A DNA stretch of 64,000 nucleotides from an uncultured bacterium (lineage in GTDB: Bacteria; Planctomycetota; UBA1135; GCA-002686595). Under the pieces are notes generated by a model, which was given only the letters and a program-made list of their open reading frames with translations, ran no database searches and had not been told where the DNA came from. Below, in pieces: positions 1 through 9,973 of the stretch; within the stretch, counting starts at the first letter, position 1; every line of letters starts with the position of its first letter. The position numbers and the translations under genes are program-made. The DNA lies in contig CALSNU010000005.1 in NCBI GenBank assembly GCA_943787795.1, forward strand, positions 64,001 through 128,000. Reading direction: 5' to 3'.

Positions 1-780
1 CAGGGCGTCGACGGTCTCGAAGGCGACGTTGTCCGCGTCCCAGTAGCTGGGGTTCTTGACGAAGCGGATGCGGTCGTTCACGCGGCGGAACTCCACCACG
101 TAAGGCCCGTTGCAGACGATGTTCTCGGGGCGCAGCCACTGCTGCTGCCAGCGGTCCGGGAAGCGCTCCTTCGCCTCCTCGATGTTGCGCCGGTTCACCG
201 GGAACATCGGGTAGAACGCCATGAGCTCCAGGAAGAAGGGCGTCGGCGCCTTGAGCCGGAAGCGGATCGTGTACTCGTCGGGCGCGGTGATCCCGACCGT
301 GTCGAACCCGTGCATCGCCTTGCCGTCCTCGACCTCCGTGGTGAACGCCTCGGCGCCATCCACGTACCAGAGCATGTAGGCGTACTCGGCCGCGGTCTGG
401 GGGTCGAGGAAGCGCTCGAAGGACCACATGAAGTCCTCGGCGGTGACCGGGTCGCCGTTGGACCAGAGGGCGTCTCGGCGCAGGTGGAACGTGTACTCGA
501 GGCCGTCCTCGGACACCTCCCATCGCTCTGCGACCCCCGGGAGGGGTTCAAGTGTCTCGGGGTGAGACACGAGCAGGCCCTCGAAGAGCATCCGGATGGC
601 CCGTCCCTCGGGCACCCCGGTCACGGTCGCGGGGTCCAGGGTCTGGACCTCGGTGCCGTTGTTGAAGACGAAGTCGGCGGGCTCGAGGCGGGCCCCACGG
701 GTGGCGTAGATCGCCCCCCCGAGGAGGCTCGCCAGGAGGGCGACGGGGATGACCTGGCGGGCGATGCGTTGGAGGGCCAT
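1..780 (-). CDS. Peptide ABC transporter substrate-binding protein (OppA-like, family 5); 3' end runs off the window
   Basis: Manual translation from ATG at 780: MALQRIARQVIPVALLASLLGG...FVFNNGTEVQTLDPATVTGVPEGRAIRMLFEGL...PGVAERWEVSEDGLEYTFHLRRDALWSNGDPVTAEDF...NGPY...KNPSYWD. These are classic OppA motifs. Not in the ORF track because it is open at the window edge. Confidence 0.9.
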   Translation of the reverse strand, partial: MALQRIARQVIPVALLASLLGGAIYATRGARLEPADFVFNNGTEVQTLDPATVTGVPEGRAIRMLFEGLLVSHPETLEPLPGVAERWEVSEDGLEYTFHLRRDALWSNGDPVTAEDFMWSFERFLDPQTAAEYAYMLWYVDGAEAFTTEVEDGKAMHGFDTVGITAPDEYTIRFRLKAPTPFFLELMAFYPMFPVNRRNIEEAKERFPDRWQQQWLRPENIVCNGPYVVEFRRVNDRIRFVKNPSYWDADNVAFETVDAL

Positions 781-1075
781 GGGAGCGCTGAAGCGGCGGG
801 ATGGGGGCCGGGCCGGCCGAGTCTAGGGCATCGGGCCCGCGGCCGGGCCCGATGCCTCCAGCTCCGGCTCAGGTTGGGCGCTGGCGCCCCGGGGTAAACA
901 GGCACGGGCGGAGGCATGTGCGCCTCGGAGGCTGAGCGCGTGGGAGGCTGGCCGGCTGGGCGCCTGCCCGTGGAGGGTCAAGGGAGCCTGCTGAGGCGCC
1001 GACCCCCTGGGCAACGGATCTGTTGCGTTCAAGAACACCATTGCGATCACCGCCTTGATGCTCGACGCTGGGCAC

Positions 1076-1720
1076 ATGGAACGACGTGACTTCATGAAGG
1101 CGACGTCGCTCGCCGCGGCGGCGGGAGCGGTGAGTATGTCGAGCGGTTGCCAGGCCCCTGGGGCCAATGAGGGACCGCCTGGAGACGGCGCGCAGGAGCA
1201 GCCCGCGCCCGGTTCGCTGGACGCGATCTTTGCCGAGCACATGGAGGCCGAGCTGGCGGGGGACCTGGACAAGACCATGGCGACCATGACGCCGAACCCG
1301 CACATCGTGAACATCCCCACGATGATCGGCGGCCAGGGACCGGCCGGCGTGCGGCAGTTCTACGCCAACCGCCTGATCGGACAGTTCTTCCCGGAGGACG
1401 TGCAGTTCGAGACCATCTCGGAGACCGCCTCAGACAAGCACCTCGTCACCGAGATGGTCATCTCCTTCACGCACACGATCGAGATGGACCACATCCTCCC
1501 GGGCGTCGAGCCCACGGGGAAGTTCGCCGAGGTGGTGTTTGTGGTCATCGTTGGCTTCAAGGACGGGAAGGTCGAGTTCGAGCACATCCACTGGGATCAG
1601 GCGAACCTCCTGGTCCAGCTGGGGCTGATCGACCCCGCCGGGCTGCCGCTCACAGGGGCTGGGGCCGCGGCGAAGCTCCGTGATCCCTCGACTCCGGACC
1701 CGTTCTACAGCGAGTCCTAG
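1076..1720 (+). CDS. SnoaL-like/ester cyclase (NTF2-fold) protein with Tat lipoprotein signal
   Basis: MERRDFMK twin-arginine motif, then a hydrophobic stretch and SSGC. Body has HMEAELAGDLDKTMATM...EHIHWDQANLLVQLGLID, typical of SnoaL-like ester cyclases. Confidence 0.7.
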   Translation: MERRDFMKATSLAAAAGAVSMSSGCQAPGANEGPPGDGAQEQPAPGSLDAIFAEHMEAELAGDLDKTMATMTPNPHIVNIPTMIGGQGPAGVRQFYANRLIGQFFPEDVQFETISETASDKHLVTEMVISFTHTIEMDHILPGVEPTGKFAEVVFVVIVGFKDGKVEFEHIHWDQANLLVQLGLIDPAGLPLTGAGAAAKLRDPSTPDPFYSES

Positions 1721-1728
1721 CTGGCGAC

Positions 1729-1803
1729 GGTGAGCCCCTGCTGGCCCGGTGAGTCTCTGCTGGCCCGGTGAGTTTCTGCTGGCGCGGTGAGTCCCTGCTG
1801 GCG
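1729..1803. repeat. 19-bp tandem repeat, 4 copies (GGTGAGTCTCTGCTGGCCC-like)
   Basis: Units start at 1729, 1748, 1767 and 1786, between two convergent genes. Confidence 0.9.
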
Positions 1804-1884
1804 GGGGGGGATGCCGCTAGGCCGGTTGAATGCTCGTGGCCCGGATGGATGCTGGCCAGCGGCGTCGAGCCCGGCCCTGGAGCC

Positions 1885-3051
1885 CTACTTGTCGAGCGCA
1901 ATCAGAGCCCCGATAGCGCCGTCCACGAGGCCCGGGACCCCGGGACCGGCGGCGTTGGCCGCCACGAGGTAGGCCCTGTTGGTTCCGGGCGCGACCCAGA
2001 CCGTGGCGAACCAGGTGGTGTTCGAGCCGCTGTGGGTCAGGGCCGTGCCCGCGGCCCACCCACGCTCCGTGACCATCCAGCCGCAGGCGTAGTCGTCCCG
2101 GCCGACCTCGACGAGCTTGGCCCGCGAGGCGGGGGTGAGGAACGGGGCGTCGGGATCCTCGGCCTCGGCGGCGGCGTCGGTGAACTGGAGCACGAAGCGC
2201 GCCCAGTCTGCGACGGGGAGGTGCACCGTCCCCGCCGGTCCGAGGGCGGCGTCGTTGTCGACCTGGATCGGGCGCGCGTTCCCCCGCTGGACCGTGTGGC
2301 CCCAGGGGGCGTCCTCCTTCCCGAGGGTCCCGGGGACCCCGAAGCCCGCCCCCTCGATGCCCAGGGGCTGAAAGACGTCGGTCACGATCAGCTCCTCCCA
2401 GGGGGCGTCGCGAGCGGCCTCGACCATGGCACCGGCGACCATATAGCCGAGGTTGGAGTAGAGGAAGCCGGTGCCTGGCGTGGCGGCCGGGGCCTCCTTC
2501 AGGGACGCGGCGGCGATCTCGAGGCGGCGTTCGCGCAGCGGCAGACCCTGGAAGGCCCTCCAGTTGGGCGCGTTCGCCGGCGCGCCGCTCGTGTGGCGGA
2601 GGAACTCGGTGAGGGTGGCCCCGCGGTAGCCCTCGTAAACCTTGGCCGCGAGGGCGGGCAGGACCTCCTCGAGGGTCGAGTCCCAGCGGAGGTGACCGGC
2701 GTCCACCTGTCGCGCCGCAAGCACGGCCGTCATGGCCTTCGTGTCAGAGCCCACGTGGACCGGATCGCCGGGCTGCATGGGGGCGTCGCTGCCGGCCTTG
2801 CGAAGGCCCCAGGCGGCGACCTGCGTTTCACCATCGGCCCGGGCGATGGCTGCCACGGCGCCCGGGACAAGGGCGCCTTCGAAGGCCCCAGCGAGGGCGT
2901 CCGTGATCGCCGGGGCCACCTGGGCGCGGCCGGCCGCCAGCGCAGGCGGCGCGGTCGTTTGTTTCTGGTCCAGGACGGCCTGGTGGGGTGAGCAACTGGA
3001 TGCGGCGAGGGTCGCTGCCAAGAGCACGCTCAACAGTCGAGTCGAAGTCAT
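1885..3051 (-). CDS. Serine hydrolase, beta-lactamase/class C-like family, probable lipoprotein
   Basis: SxxK (GSDTKAMT), YxN (FLYSNLGY) and HSGSNT motifs. Signal MTSTRLLSVLLAATLAASSC. Confidence 0.85.
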   Translation of the reverse strand: MTSTRLLSVLLAATLAASSCSPHQAVLDQKQTTAPPALAAGRAQVAPAITDALAGAFEGALVPGAVAAIARADGETQVAAWGLRKAGSDAPMQPGDPVHVGSDTKAMTAVLAARQVDAGHLRWDSTLEEVLPALAAKVYEGYRGATLTEFLRHTSGAPANAPNWRAFQGLPLRERRLEIAAASLKEAPAATPGTGFLYSNLGYMVAGAMVEAARDAPWEELIVTDVFQPLGIEGAGFGVPGTLGKEDAPWGHTVQRGNARPIQVDNDAALGPAGTVHLPVADWARFVLQFTDAAAEAEDPDAPFLTPASRAKLVEVGRDDYACGWMVTERGWAAGTALTHSGSNTTWFATVWVAPGTNRAYLVAANAAGPGVPGLVDGAIGALIALDK

Positions 3052-3219
3052 CGTGCAGGAGCGCCCGTGGGAGCGTGCTGGGCGCGGAGGGCGGAGAAGG
3101 GGTCCCTGGGCTGGATCGGGGAGGTCAACTGTCGCCACCCGCCGTCTGGCCACTAAGGTAGGGGTCCGCCTTCGCCCCGGCAAGGTCGGCGATCCATCCG
3201 CAGAGTTCCCGAACGCCCC

Positions 3220-5427
3220 ATGTCTGAACAGATGCACGAGTCAAAGCCCTCTCCCGCCCGCCCCTCGCGCTTGATCCTGGCCGTGGGACTCCTGCTCGTC
3301 ATCGGCGTTGGAGCCTTCATGGTCCTGGGCGGCGGTGACGAGGCGCCGAAAGAAACGGACGCCCCCGCGGAGACCACGCCCACGACCACGCCTACGACCA
3401 CGACCACGCCTACGACCACGACCACGACCACGCCTACGCCGGCTGCCGACTCACGAGCCGACGAGCCGAGCGAGGCTTCGTCCGACGCCGCGGTGGTGGA
3501 CCAGTTCCACCCCGCGATCGGGGACGGCAAGGCGCCGCTGTATGGGGGGCGAGCCATCGTTCACGTCCCGTCGCTGCCAGAGAACATGTGCTATCCGATC
3601 GAGAACTCGGCAGTGACCCGCCGCTTCCTCTACGAGACGCACGAGACCCTCTTGCTCCAGGACTGGTGGTCCCACGACTACGTACCCGACGCCGCCGCGT
3701 CGTGGGTCGAGGAGGACCTGGTGATCCTGAACGCGGACGCCCCGGTCGTCACAGGGGAAATCAAGGCCCAGGTCGTTCGCCGGGGCGAAGGAGAGACTGG
3801 CTTGCGAGAGGTGCGTGCCGTCTACGGCTCGATCACAGATGCGGGCGCCAACTGGACGATCTCGCCGATCTCGAAGGGGTCTTCAATCTCCGAGCCCGTC
3901 CAGGTTCCCAAGGGCGCCGTCGAGCGGGTCGAGCGCGGCACCGTGTTCACGGTCTCTCTGCGCGAGGGGATTCGTTGGCAGCCCTCGTTGCTCTACTCGG
4001 CCGAGCAGTCGGCCCAGTTCGGGGAGCAATTCCTCGACGCCGATGACGTCTATTACTCCTGGTCCGTGTATCGCAACCCGGAGGTGAACTGCGACGAGAA
4101 GCGCTTCCAGTTCGAGAAGATCTCAGACTGCGAGGTTGTGGATGATCTGACCGTGCGCTTCTTCTACGAGAAGCAATACGCCTACGCGCTGGAGTCGATC
4201 GGCACGTCGTTGACCCTCCTCCCGTCGCACATCTACAACCTGCTGGATGAGCAGTGCCCTGAGCACGACGAGGGGGCCTCGCTGAGCAAGCAGGCCGAGC
4301 ACCTGAACAAGAACCCCCACAACAAGATGTGGGTCGGCCTCGGGCCGTATCAGGTGACCGAGTGGACCCAGCAGTATGTGGAGGTCAATCGCTTCGTGGA
4401 CGCCGACGGTAATCCGGCCTACTTCGATGCTGCCGTTCGCCCCGGTTACTTCGACACGATTCGCTGGCGCTACATCGACAACGACGAGGCCGCCATGAAC
4501 GCGCTGCTCAACGGAGAGGTCGACTTCTTCGAGCGTGTGAAGTCAGAGGATTACTTCGGCGGTCGGGCCACGAGCGAGTCGTTCCAGGAGGAGTTCTACA
4601 AGGGCTTCTATTACATGGGTGCGTACGGTTACACCGGCTGGAACCTCTATCGACCCCAGGTCAAGGATATCGCCGTCCGTAAGGCCATCGCGATGGCCTT
4701 CGATTTTCAGACCTACCGGAAGACCCAGTACAACGGCCTTGCGCGCCAGATCACGGGGCCGGTGCCTTACCAGAGCGAGGGGTATCCCCGGGACATGGCC
4801 GCGCTGCCCTACGACCCCGACGGGGCGCTCGACATGCTCGAGGGTGCCGGTTGGTACGATCGAAATGGAGACGGGATCGCCGACAAGGACGGGGTCGAGC
4901 TCGTGATCGAGTTCCTCTATCCCAGCGGCAACGATGCCTCAAAGCTCTTCGGCATCGCGCTGCAGTCGGCGGTGGAGGACCTTGGGATCAAGATCAACCT
5001 CGCCTCCTTGGAGTGGGCGACCTTCCTGGAGCGGATCAAGTCTCGGGAGTTCGACGCATGCAACCTGGCCTGGGTGCCGCCCCTCGAGTCGGACCCGGAG
5101 CAGCTGTGGCACTCCAAGTGGGGCGCGCGGGACAAGAAGTCCTCCAACAACTCCGGCGTGATGGATCCCAAGATTGACGCGATGATCGAGGGGATCCAGG
5201 CGGAGATTGACCGTGAGGCCCGCATGGCGCTCTGGCGCGAATTCCACCGCTACATTTACGAGGAAGTTCAGCCCTACCTGTTCATGTACAACGTCCCGAA
5301 GAAGTTCGGCGCCTCCCTCAAGGTGCGCGGGATTCGCAACTCGGCGATCGACCCCGGCTACGTGATCCGCGACTGGTACTTTGTGGATCCGTCGGTCAAG
5401 GGGACGCGCGAGAGCCTCGAGAAGTGA
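3220..5427 (+). CDS. ABC transporter substrate-binding protein (family 5), N-terminal TM anchor and Thr/Pro-rich linker
   Basis: GLGPYQVTEW, VRKAIAMAFD, YDPDGALDMLEGAGWYDRNGDGIADKDG, LEWATFLERIK and DPEQLWHS motifs. First gene of an opp/dpp-type operon. Confidence 0.9.
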   Translation: MSEQMHESKPSPARPSRLILAVGLLLVIGVGAFMVLGGGDEAPKETDAPAETTPTTTPTTTTTPTTTTTTTPTPAADSRADEPSEASSDAAVVDQFHPAIGDGKAPLYGGRAIVHVPSLPENMCYPIENSAVTRRFLYETHETLLLQDWWSHDYVPDAAASWVEEDLVILNADAPVVTGEIKAQVVRRGEGETGLREVRAVYGSITDAGANWTISPISKGSSISEPVQVPKGAVERVERGTVFTVSLREGIRWQPSLLYSAEQSAQFGEQFLDADDVYYSWSVYRNPEVNCDEKRFQFEKISDCEVVDDLTVRFFYEKQYAYALESIGTSLTLLPSHIYNLLDEQCPEHDEGASLSKQAEHLNKNPHNKMWVGLGPYQVTEWTQQYVEVNRFVDADGNPAYFDAAVRPGYFDTIRWRYIDNDEAAMNALLNGEVDFFERVKSEDYFGGRATSESFQEEFYKGFYYMGAYGYTGWNLYRPQVKDIAVRKAIAMAFDFQTYRKTQYNGLARQITGPVPYQSEGYPRDMAALPYDPDGALDMLEGAGWYDRNGDGIADKDGVELVIEFLYPSGNDASKLFGIALQSAVEDLGIKINLASLEWATFLERIKSREFDACNLAWVPPLESDPEQLWHSKWGARDKKSSNNSGVMDPKIDAMIEGIQAEIDREARMALWREFHRYIYEEVQPYLFMYNVPKKFGASLKVRGIRNSAIDPGYVIRDWYFVDPSVKGTRESLEK
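3373..3441 (+). repeat. Coding ACC/ACG-rich repeat encoding the TTPTTTPTTTTTPTTTTTTTPTP linker
   Basis: Visible directly in the DNA and the protein. Confidence 0.85.
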
Positions 5428-5476
5428 GGGGCGGGTCCGGCACCGGGTATCCCCGGCCGGACGGAGCCAAAAAGCA

Positions 5477-5513
5477 GCGGCCCGCTGTCGAGTCGGACTC
5501 GACAGCGGGCCGC
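5477..5513. terminator. Perfect 18-bp inverted repeat after the SBP gene (mRNA-stabilising or attenuating hairpin)
   Basis: GCGGCCCGCTGTCGAGTC-G-GACTCGACAGCGGGCCGC; no strong U-tract on the + strand. Confidence 0.6.
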
Positions 5514-5574
5514 CCCTGTTGTCTGATGGGCCGCCTACAAGGCGCCCCGACCCTCACCGAGTCCCTTCCCCAAC

Positions 5575-7095
5575 GTGCTCGCCTATATTCTGCGCAGACT
5601 CCTGCTGATGATCCCGACAACGATCGGGGTCACGCTGGTGATCTTCTCGCTCTACCACATTGCCCCCGGCGACCCCGCGCTCATCGCGGTGGGCAGCCAG
5701 AGCGATGCGGACCTGGGCGCCGCGAGCGACAACGAGTCGCAGATCGACAAGTTCCGGCGCGAGCACGGCCTCGATCGGAACATCGCGATCCAGTTCCTCG
5801 ACTATGTCGGGCCCTTCAACCTCAGCGCTGACGGGCACGCCTGGTTCAGCTCACCGCGCTCGGAGCGGGTGGTGGATGAGCGCGACGTACCGGGTGATGG
5901 GGGAGAGACCATCGCGGAGGGCCGCCCCGCGCCCATCGAGCACCTCTACGAGACGTCGGTTGAGGAGCGTGCCACCCTGGACGAGCTCGTGACCGCCCTC
6001 GTCGAGTCGCCCTCCACCGATGGAGGCGGCGAGGCGAGCGCCGCAGCTCAGGCCGCCCTGGTGGACTTCGCCGCCGAATCTCCGGGGCAGCGGGACAAGG
6101 CGCTCGCTCGCGTCTTCCAAGGGCTCTTCGATCAGCGCCTCGGCGGCCCGACCCAGGAGCCCGTGATCCAGCGGGTCTCTGGCTGCCTCGCGGCGATCAC
6201 CGGCGCGGCTCCTGAGCTCTCCGAGGGGCTCACCGAGCTGGACGGCCCCCGGCACGAGGTGCGGCGCTGGTTCGCTTGGTACTACACCGAGGGCGGCGGA
6301 GATCGGACGACCAACTCCGGTGAGAAGCCTTACGGCGGTCTGCTCGCGTTCGACCTCGGCGAGGAGATGCAGTCGGGCCAGTCGGTGCGCGAGGAGATCC
6401 TCAAGCGGCTGAAGGTGACCGTGCCCCTGAGCCTCGTCGCGGTCATCCTCTCCTATATCATCGCGCTGCCGCTCGGCATCGCGAGCGTACGGCGGCAGGG
6501 CACGGCGCTCGATGGCGGGTTGACCATCGTCCTGTTCGTCCTCTACTCCATCCCGACCTTTTGGGCGGGGCTGATGCTGGTGCTGATCTTCGGCAAGACC
6601 GGCACCGACCTGCTCCCGATCCTCGGTCTGCACGACAAGGACGCGGACCCCTCGAACACTCTCGCCTACGCTTGGGACACGGTGCTGCACTGCATCCTCC
6701 CGGTGCTGACCCTGACGTATGGCAGCCTCGCCTATCTCTCGCGTCAGATGCGGGCCGGGATGCTCGACGTGATCCGGCAGGACTACATCCGCACGGCCAA
6801 GGCCAAGGGCCTCAGCGATGACCGCGTCGTGTATCGCCACGCGCTTCGTAACTCGATGATCCCGGTGCTGACCCTCCTGGCGTCGATCCTGCCGATCCTG
6901 ATCGGCGGCTCGGTCATCGTGGAGTTCATCTTCGATATCCCGGGCATGGGCAAGTACGCGTACGAGGGCCTCTTGCGGCGCGACTTCTCGATCGTGATGG
7001 CAACCACCATCTTCGTCGGGGTCATGACCCAGTTCGGCATCCTGCTGTCCGACATCGCCTACTCCCTCGTGGATCCTCGGATCCGCCTCCACTGA
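5575..7095 (+). CDS. Peptide ABC transporter permease (OppB/DppB-like) with large insertion
   Basis: MLAYILRRLLLMIPT start; EAA-type loop MLDVIRQDYIRTAKAKGLS...HALRNSMIP; C-terminal DIAYSLVDPRI. Confidence 0.92.
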   Translation: MLAYILRRLLLMIPTTIGVTLVIFSLYHIAPGDPALIAVGSQSDADLGAASDNESQIDKFRREHGLDRNIAIQFLDYVGPFNLSADGHAWFSSPRSERVVDERDVPGDGGETIAEGRPAPIEHLYETSVEERATLDELVTALVESPSTDGGGEASAAAQAALVDFAAESPGQRDKALARVFQGLFDQRLGGPTQEPVIQRVSGCLAAITGAAPELSEGLTELDGPRHEVRRWFAWYYTEGGGDRTTNSGEKPYGGLLAFDLGEEMQSGQSVREEILKRLKVTVPLSLVAVILSYIIALPLGIASVRRQGTALDGGLTIVLFVLYSIPTFWAGLMLVLIFGKTGTDLLPILGLHDKDADPSNTLAYAWDTVLHCILPVLTLTYGSLAYLSRQMRAGMLDVIRQDYIRTAKAKGLSDDRVVYRHALRNSMIPVLTLLASILPILIGGSVIVEFIFDIPGMGKYAYEGLLRRDFSIVMATTIFVGVMTQFGILLSDIAYSLVDPRIRLH

Positions 7096-8966
7096 TGGTC
7101 GAAGAAGTCAGCAGCGATGGCGCGCCGAAGCGCAAGCCTAGCTTCAACGACATGAAGCTGGATGAGTCCGGCTTCGCGTCGGAGTACTCCAAGGACTACT
7201 CGGACCTGGTGTTCGAGCAGCTGGCCAAGCGCACGCTCTTCAAGGTCGGCGTGGCGGTCCTGACTCTGCTCTACGGGGTCGCCATCTTCGCGCCGATGAT
7301 CGCGAACGATCGGCCCTTCAAGGTCGAGTCTGTAGATCTCAATAGCTACAGCAGCGCCCTTCGCATCCTGCGCCCCATGGCCAGCACCGCGAGTCGTCTG
7401 GCCGAGCAGACCGACGAGGAGTTCAAGGCGTCCCTTCGGGAGGTCGCGGATGGCGCCCCGAGGACTCGTGCTGCGGCAGCGCGGGTTGAGCTCGAGGCCG
7501 CTCAACTGCGGCTCGCCACCTTGCGCTCCATGATCCCCGCGGCTGCTGAGGCGGCAGCGGAGCCGCTGACGGAGTACGAGGAGCACTTCACCAAGGGGGC
7601 AGACCTGCTCGAGAGCGGTGACAGCGTGGCTGCTGCTGGGGAGTTCGGCGAGGCCAAGACCCTCGCGCGCTCACTCCGCAGGGATCTCAAGGCTCTTGAC
7701 CCGGCCAACCCCGACGCCGGCGGCGTGCCGCTGACGAGCCGCACCGAGCGCCCACTCCTGGAGTCCGTCGCGGCCTGGGAGGTCGTCTTGATGGTGCTCT
7801 GGCTGCTGTGGGCCAGCTGGCCCCTTTGGAATCGCGTGTGGAACGGCGTCCTCCTCGGTGGCGACCGTGAGCGCATTCGGAACGCCCGGCGCCTGAAGCT
7901 GCTCGCCTGCTTCGGGCTGGCCATCCTCGCGAGCGTGACCTGGCGTGCGAGCTTCGGTCCGCCGGCTGAGTTCGACTTCGCCACCCACAAGCAGGGCATC
8001 ACGGACGGGAGCGTGCTGCTGCTGGCGAGCGGCAAGACGACGGCGGATCTCGCAGCGGATCCCAGCGCCGCGATCGGCGCGCTGGTGTGGCCGATGGTGC
8101 CCTTCGGCTACGACGAATTGCACGCTGACGAGAAGTTCCGCCCGCCCACCTGGACGGGTAAGAGCGCGCGTGACCCGGAGACCGGGCTGCCGTTGGACCT
8201 CGTCGGTGATGACTCGATCGGCGGCCTCGCGCCGGTGGAGGTGCCTGTCGAGGTGCGTGCCGGCGAGCCCGCGCTGAATGCGGTGCGGCGTCACCCGTTG
8301 GGCACCGACGAGAGCGGTAGAGACGTGCTCAGCCGGATGGTCTGGGGGGGGCGAGTGAGCCTCTCGGTCGGCATTCTGTCGGCCGCGTTGCTCACGATCA
8401 TCGGCGTGATCATCGGCTCCCTGGCCGGGTACTTCGGCGGATGGGTCGACATCGGAATCATGCGGGGGATCGAGATCCTCCAGTCGATCCCGGCGTTCTT
8501 CCTCATCCTGCTGGCGCTGGCCTTCACCGACCCCGAAACGGTGCCGCCCATGTTCGCCATCGTGCTGGTCATCGCCATCGTCCGCTGGACGGGAGTGGCG
8601 CGGCTCGTGCGCGGTGAGTTCCTGCGCCTCCGGGAGCAGGAGTTCGTGGTGGCGTCCCAGGCGCTGGGCTTCAGCTCGCGCCGGACGATCTTCAAGCACG
8701 TGCTGCCGAACGCCATGTCGCCGGTCCTGGTGGCCGCCGCCTTCTCGGTGGCGGCGGGGATCCTGACGGAGTCGGCGGTGTCGTTCCTCGGGTTCGGCAT
8801 CCGCGAGCCCGACGCCTCCTGGGGCGCGATCGTGAACGAGTCGCGCAACCCGGAGAACTGGTGGATCCAGATGTTCCCGGGCGTGGCGATCTTTGTCACG
8901 GTCACCTGCTACAACCTCGTCGGCGACGCGATCCGCGACGCCATGGACCCCAAGATGAAGGTCTGA
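7095..8966 (+). CDS. Peptide ABC transporter permease (OppC/DppC-like) with large insertion
   Basis: HPLGTDESGRDVLSRMVWGGRVSLSVG; EFVVASQALGFSSRRTIFKHVLPNAMSP; NLVGDAIRDAMDPK. Confidence 0.92.
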   Translation: MVEEVSSDGAPKRKPSFNDMKLDESGFASEYSKDYSDLVFEQLAKRTLFKVGVAVLTLLYGVAIFAPMIANDRPFKVESVDLNSYSSALRILRPMASTASRLAEQTDEEFKASLREVADGAPRTRAAAARVELEAAQLRLATLRSMIPAAAEAAAEPLTEYEEHFTKGADLLESGDSVAAAGEFGEAKTLARSLRRDLKALDPANPDAGGVPLTSRTERPLLESVAAWEVVLMVLWLLWASWPLWNRVWNGVLLGGDRERIRNARRLKLLACFGLAILASVTWRASFGPPAEFDFATHKQGITDGSVLLLASGKTTADLAADPSAAIGALVWPMVPFGYDELHADEKFRPPTWTGKSARDPETGLPLDLVGDDSIGGLAPVEVPVEVRAGEPALNAVRRHPLGTDESGRDVLSRMVWGGRVSLSVGILSAALLTIIGVIIGSLAGYFGGWVDIGIMRGIEILQSIPAFFLILLALAFTDPETVPPMFAIVLVIAIVRWTGVARLVRGEFLRLREQEFVVASQALGFSSRRTIFKHVLPNAMSPVLVAAAFSVAAGILTESAVSFLGFGIREPDASWGAIVNESRNPENWWIQMFPGVAIFVTVTCYNLVGDAIRDAMDPKMKV

Positions 8967-9973
8967 TGGCGGACGCGAACGAAGACCAGAAGGACCTCCT
9001 CCGTATCGAGGGGCTCAAGACCTACTTCCACACGGACGACGGGACCGCCAAGGCGGTGGACGGCGTGAACTACGCCATCAAGCCCGGCGAGACCCTCGGG
9101 GTCGTGGGGGAGTCCGGCTCGGGCAAGAGCGTCACCGCGCTCTCCATCCTGCAGCTCCTGCCCATGCCCCCGGGCAAGTTCGAGGGCGGCCGGATCCTGT
9201 TCCGCGGCGAGGACCTGCTCGCCGCGGGCGAGGAGCGGCTACGCGAGATCCGCGGCAACGAGATCGCGATGATCTTCCAGGAGCCGATGACGGCGCTGAA
9301 CCCGGTCTTCACCGTGGGCAACCAGATCGGTGAGACGGTGCGGCTGCACCAGGGGCTCGACGCCGACGCGGCGCGGGAGCGCTCGATCGAGATGTTGCGG
9401 CGCGTGGGGATCCCCGCGCCGGAGCAGCGCGTGGACGAGTATCCGCACCAGCTCTCGGGCGGCATGCGCCAGCGGGTGATGATCGCCATGGCCATGGCCT
9501 GCGACCCCTCGCTGCTCATCGCGGACGAGCCGACCACGGCGCTCGACGTGACCATCCAGGCCCAGATCCTGGACCTGATCAAGGAGCTCCAGGAGGAGGC
9601 GGGGATGAGCGTGCTGCTCATCACCCACGACCTCGGCGTCGTCGCCGAGACGGCTCACCACGTGGCGGTCATGTACGCCGGTCGCGTGGTGGAGTACGCC
9701 TCTGCGGACGAGATCTTCGGTCGCCCTCGGCACCCCTACACCATCGGCCTCATGCGCTCGCTGCCCGACCTCGCGGTGGCCGGCGAGCGGCTGACCACGA
9801 TCCCTGGGATCGTGCCGAGCGCCACCCACTTCCCGAGCGGCTGCCGCTTCCGGACCCGCTGCCCGCTCGCGACGGACCTCTGCACCAGCGACGTCCCCCC
9901 GCTCGCGCCGGTGGACGCCGGGTCGTCTCACACCGCGGCGTGCCACCACCTCGAGCAAGCGCAGGAGCTCTGA
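8966..9973 (+). CDS. Peptide ABC transporter ATP-binding protein (OppD/DppD-like)
   Basis: Walker A GESGSGKS, signature [20 protein letters not shown]-terminal HPYT...GCRFRTRCP domain. TGATG coupling at 8964-8968. Confidence 0.95.
   Translation: MADANEDQKDLLRIEGLKTYFHTDDGTAKAVDGVNYAIKPGETLGVVGESGSGKSVTALSILQLLPMPPGKFEGGRILFRGEDLLAAGEERLREIRGNEIAMIFQEPMTALNPVFTVGNQIGETVRLHQGLDADAARERSIEMLRRVGIPAPEQRVDEYPHQLSGGMRQRVMIAMAMACDPSLLIADEPTTALDVTIQAQILDLIKELQEEAGMSVLLITHDLGVVAETAHHVAVMYAGRVVEYASADEIFGRPRHPYTIGLMRSLPDLAVAGERLTTIPGIVPSATHFPSGCRFRTRCPLATDLCTSDVPPLAPVDAGSSHTAACHHLEQAQEL

Noticed and set aside
1885..3051. Antibiotic-resistance beta-lactamase
   Set aside because: Motifs fit the broad serine hydrolase/esterase family; no evidence for true AmpC function.
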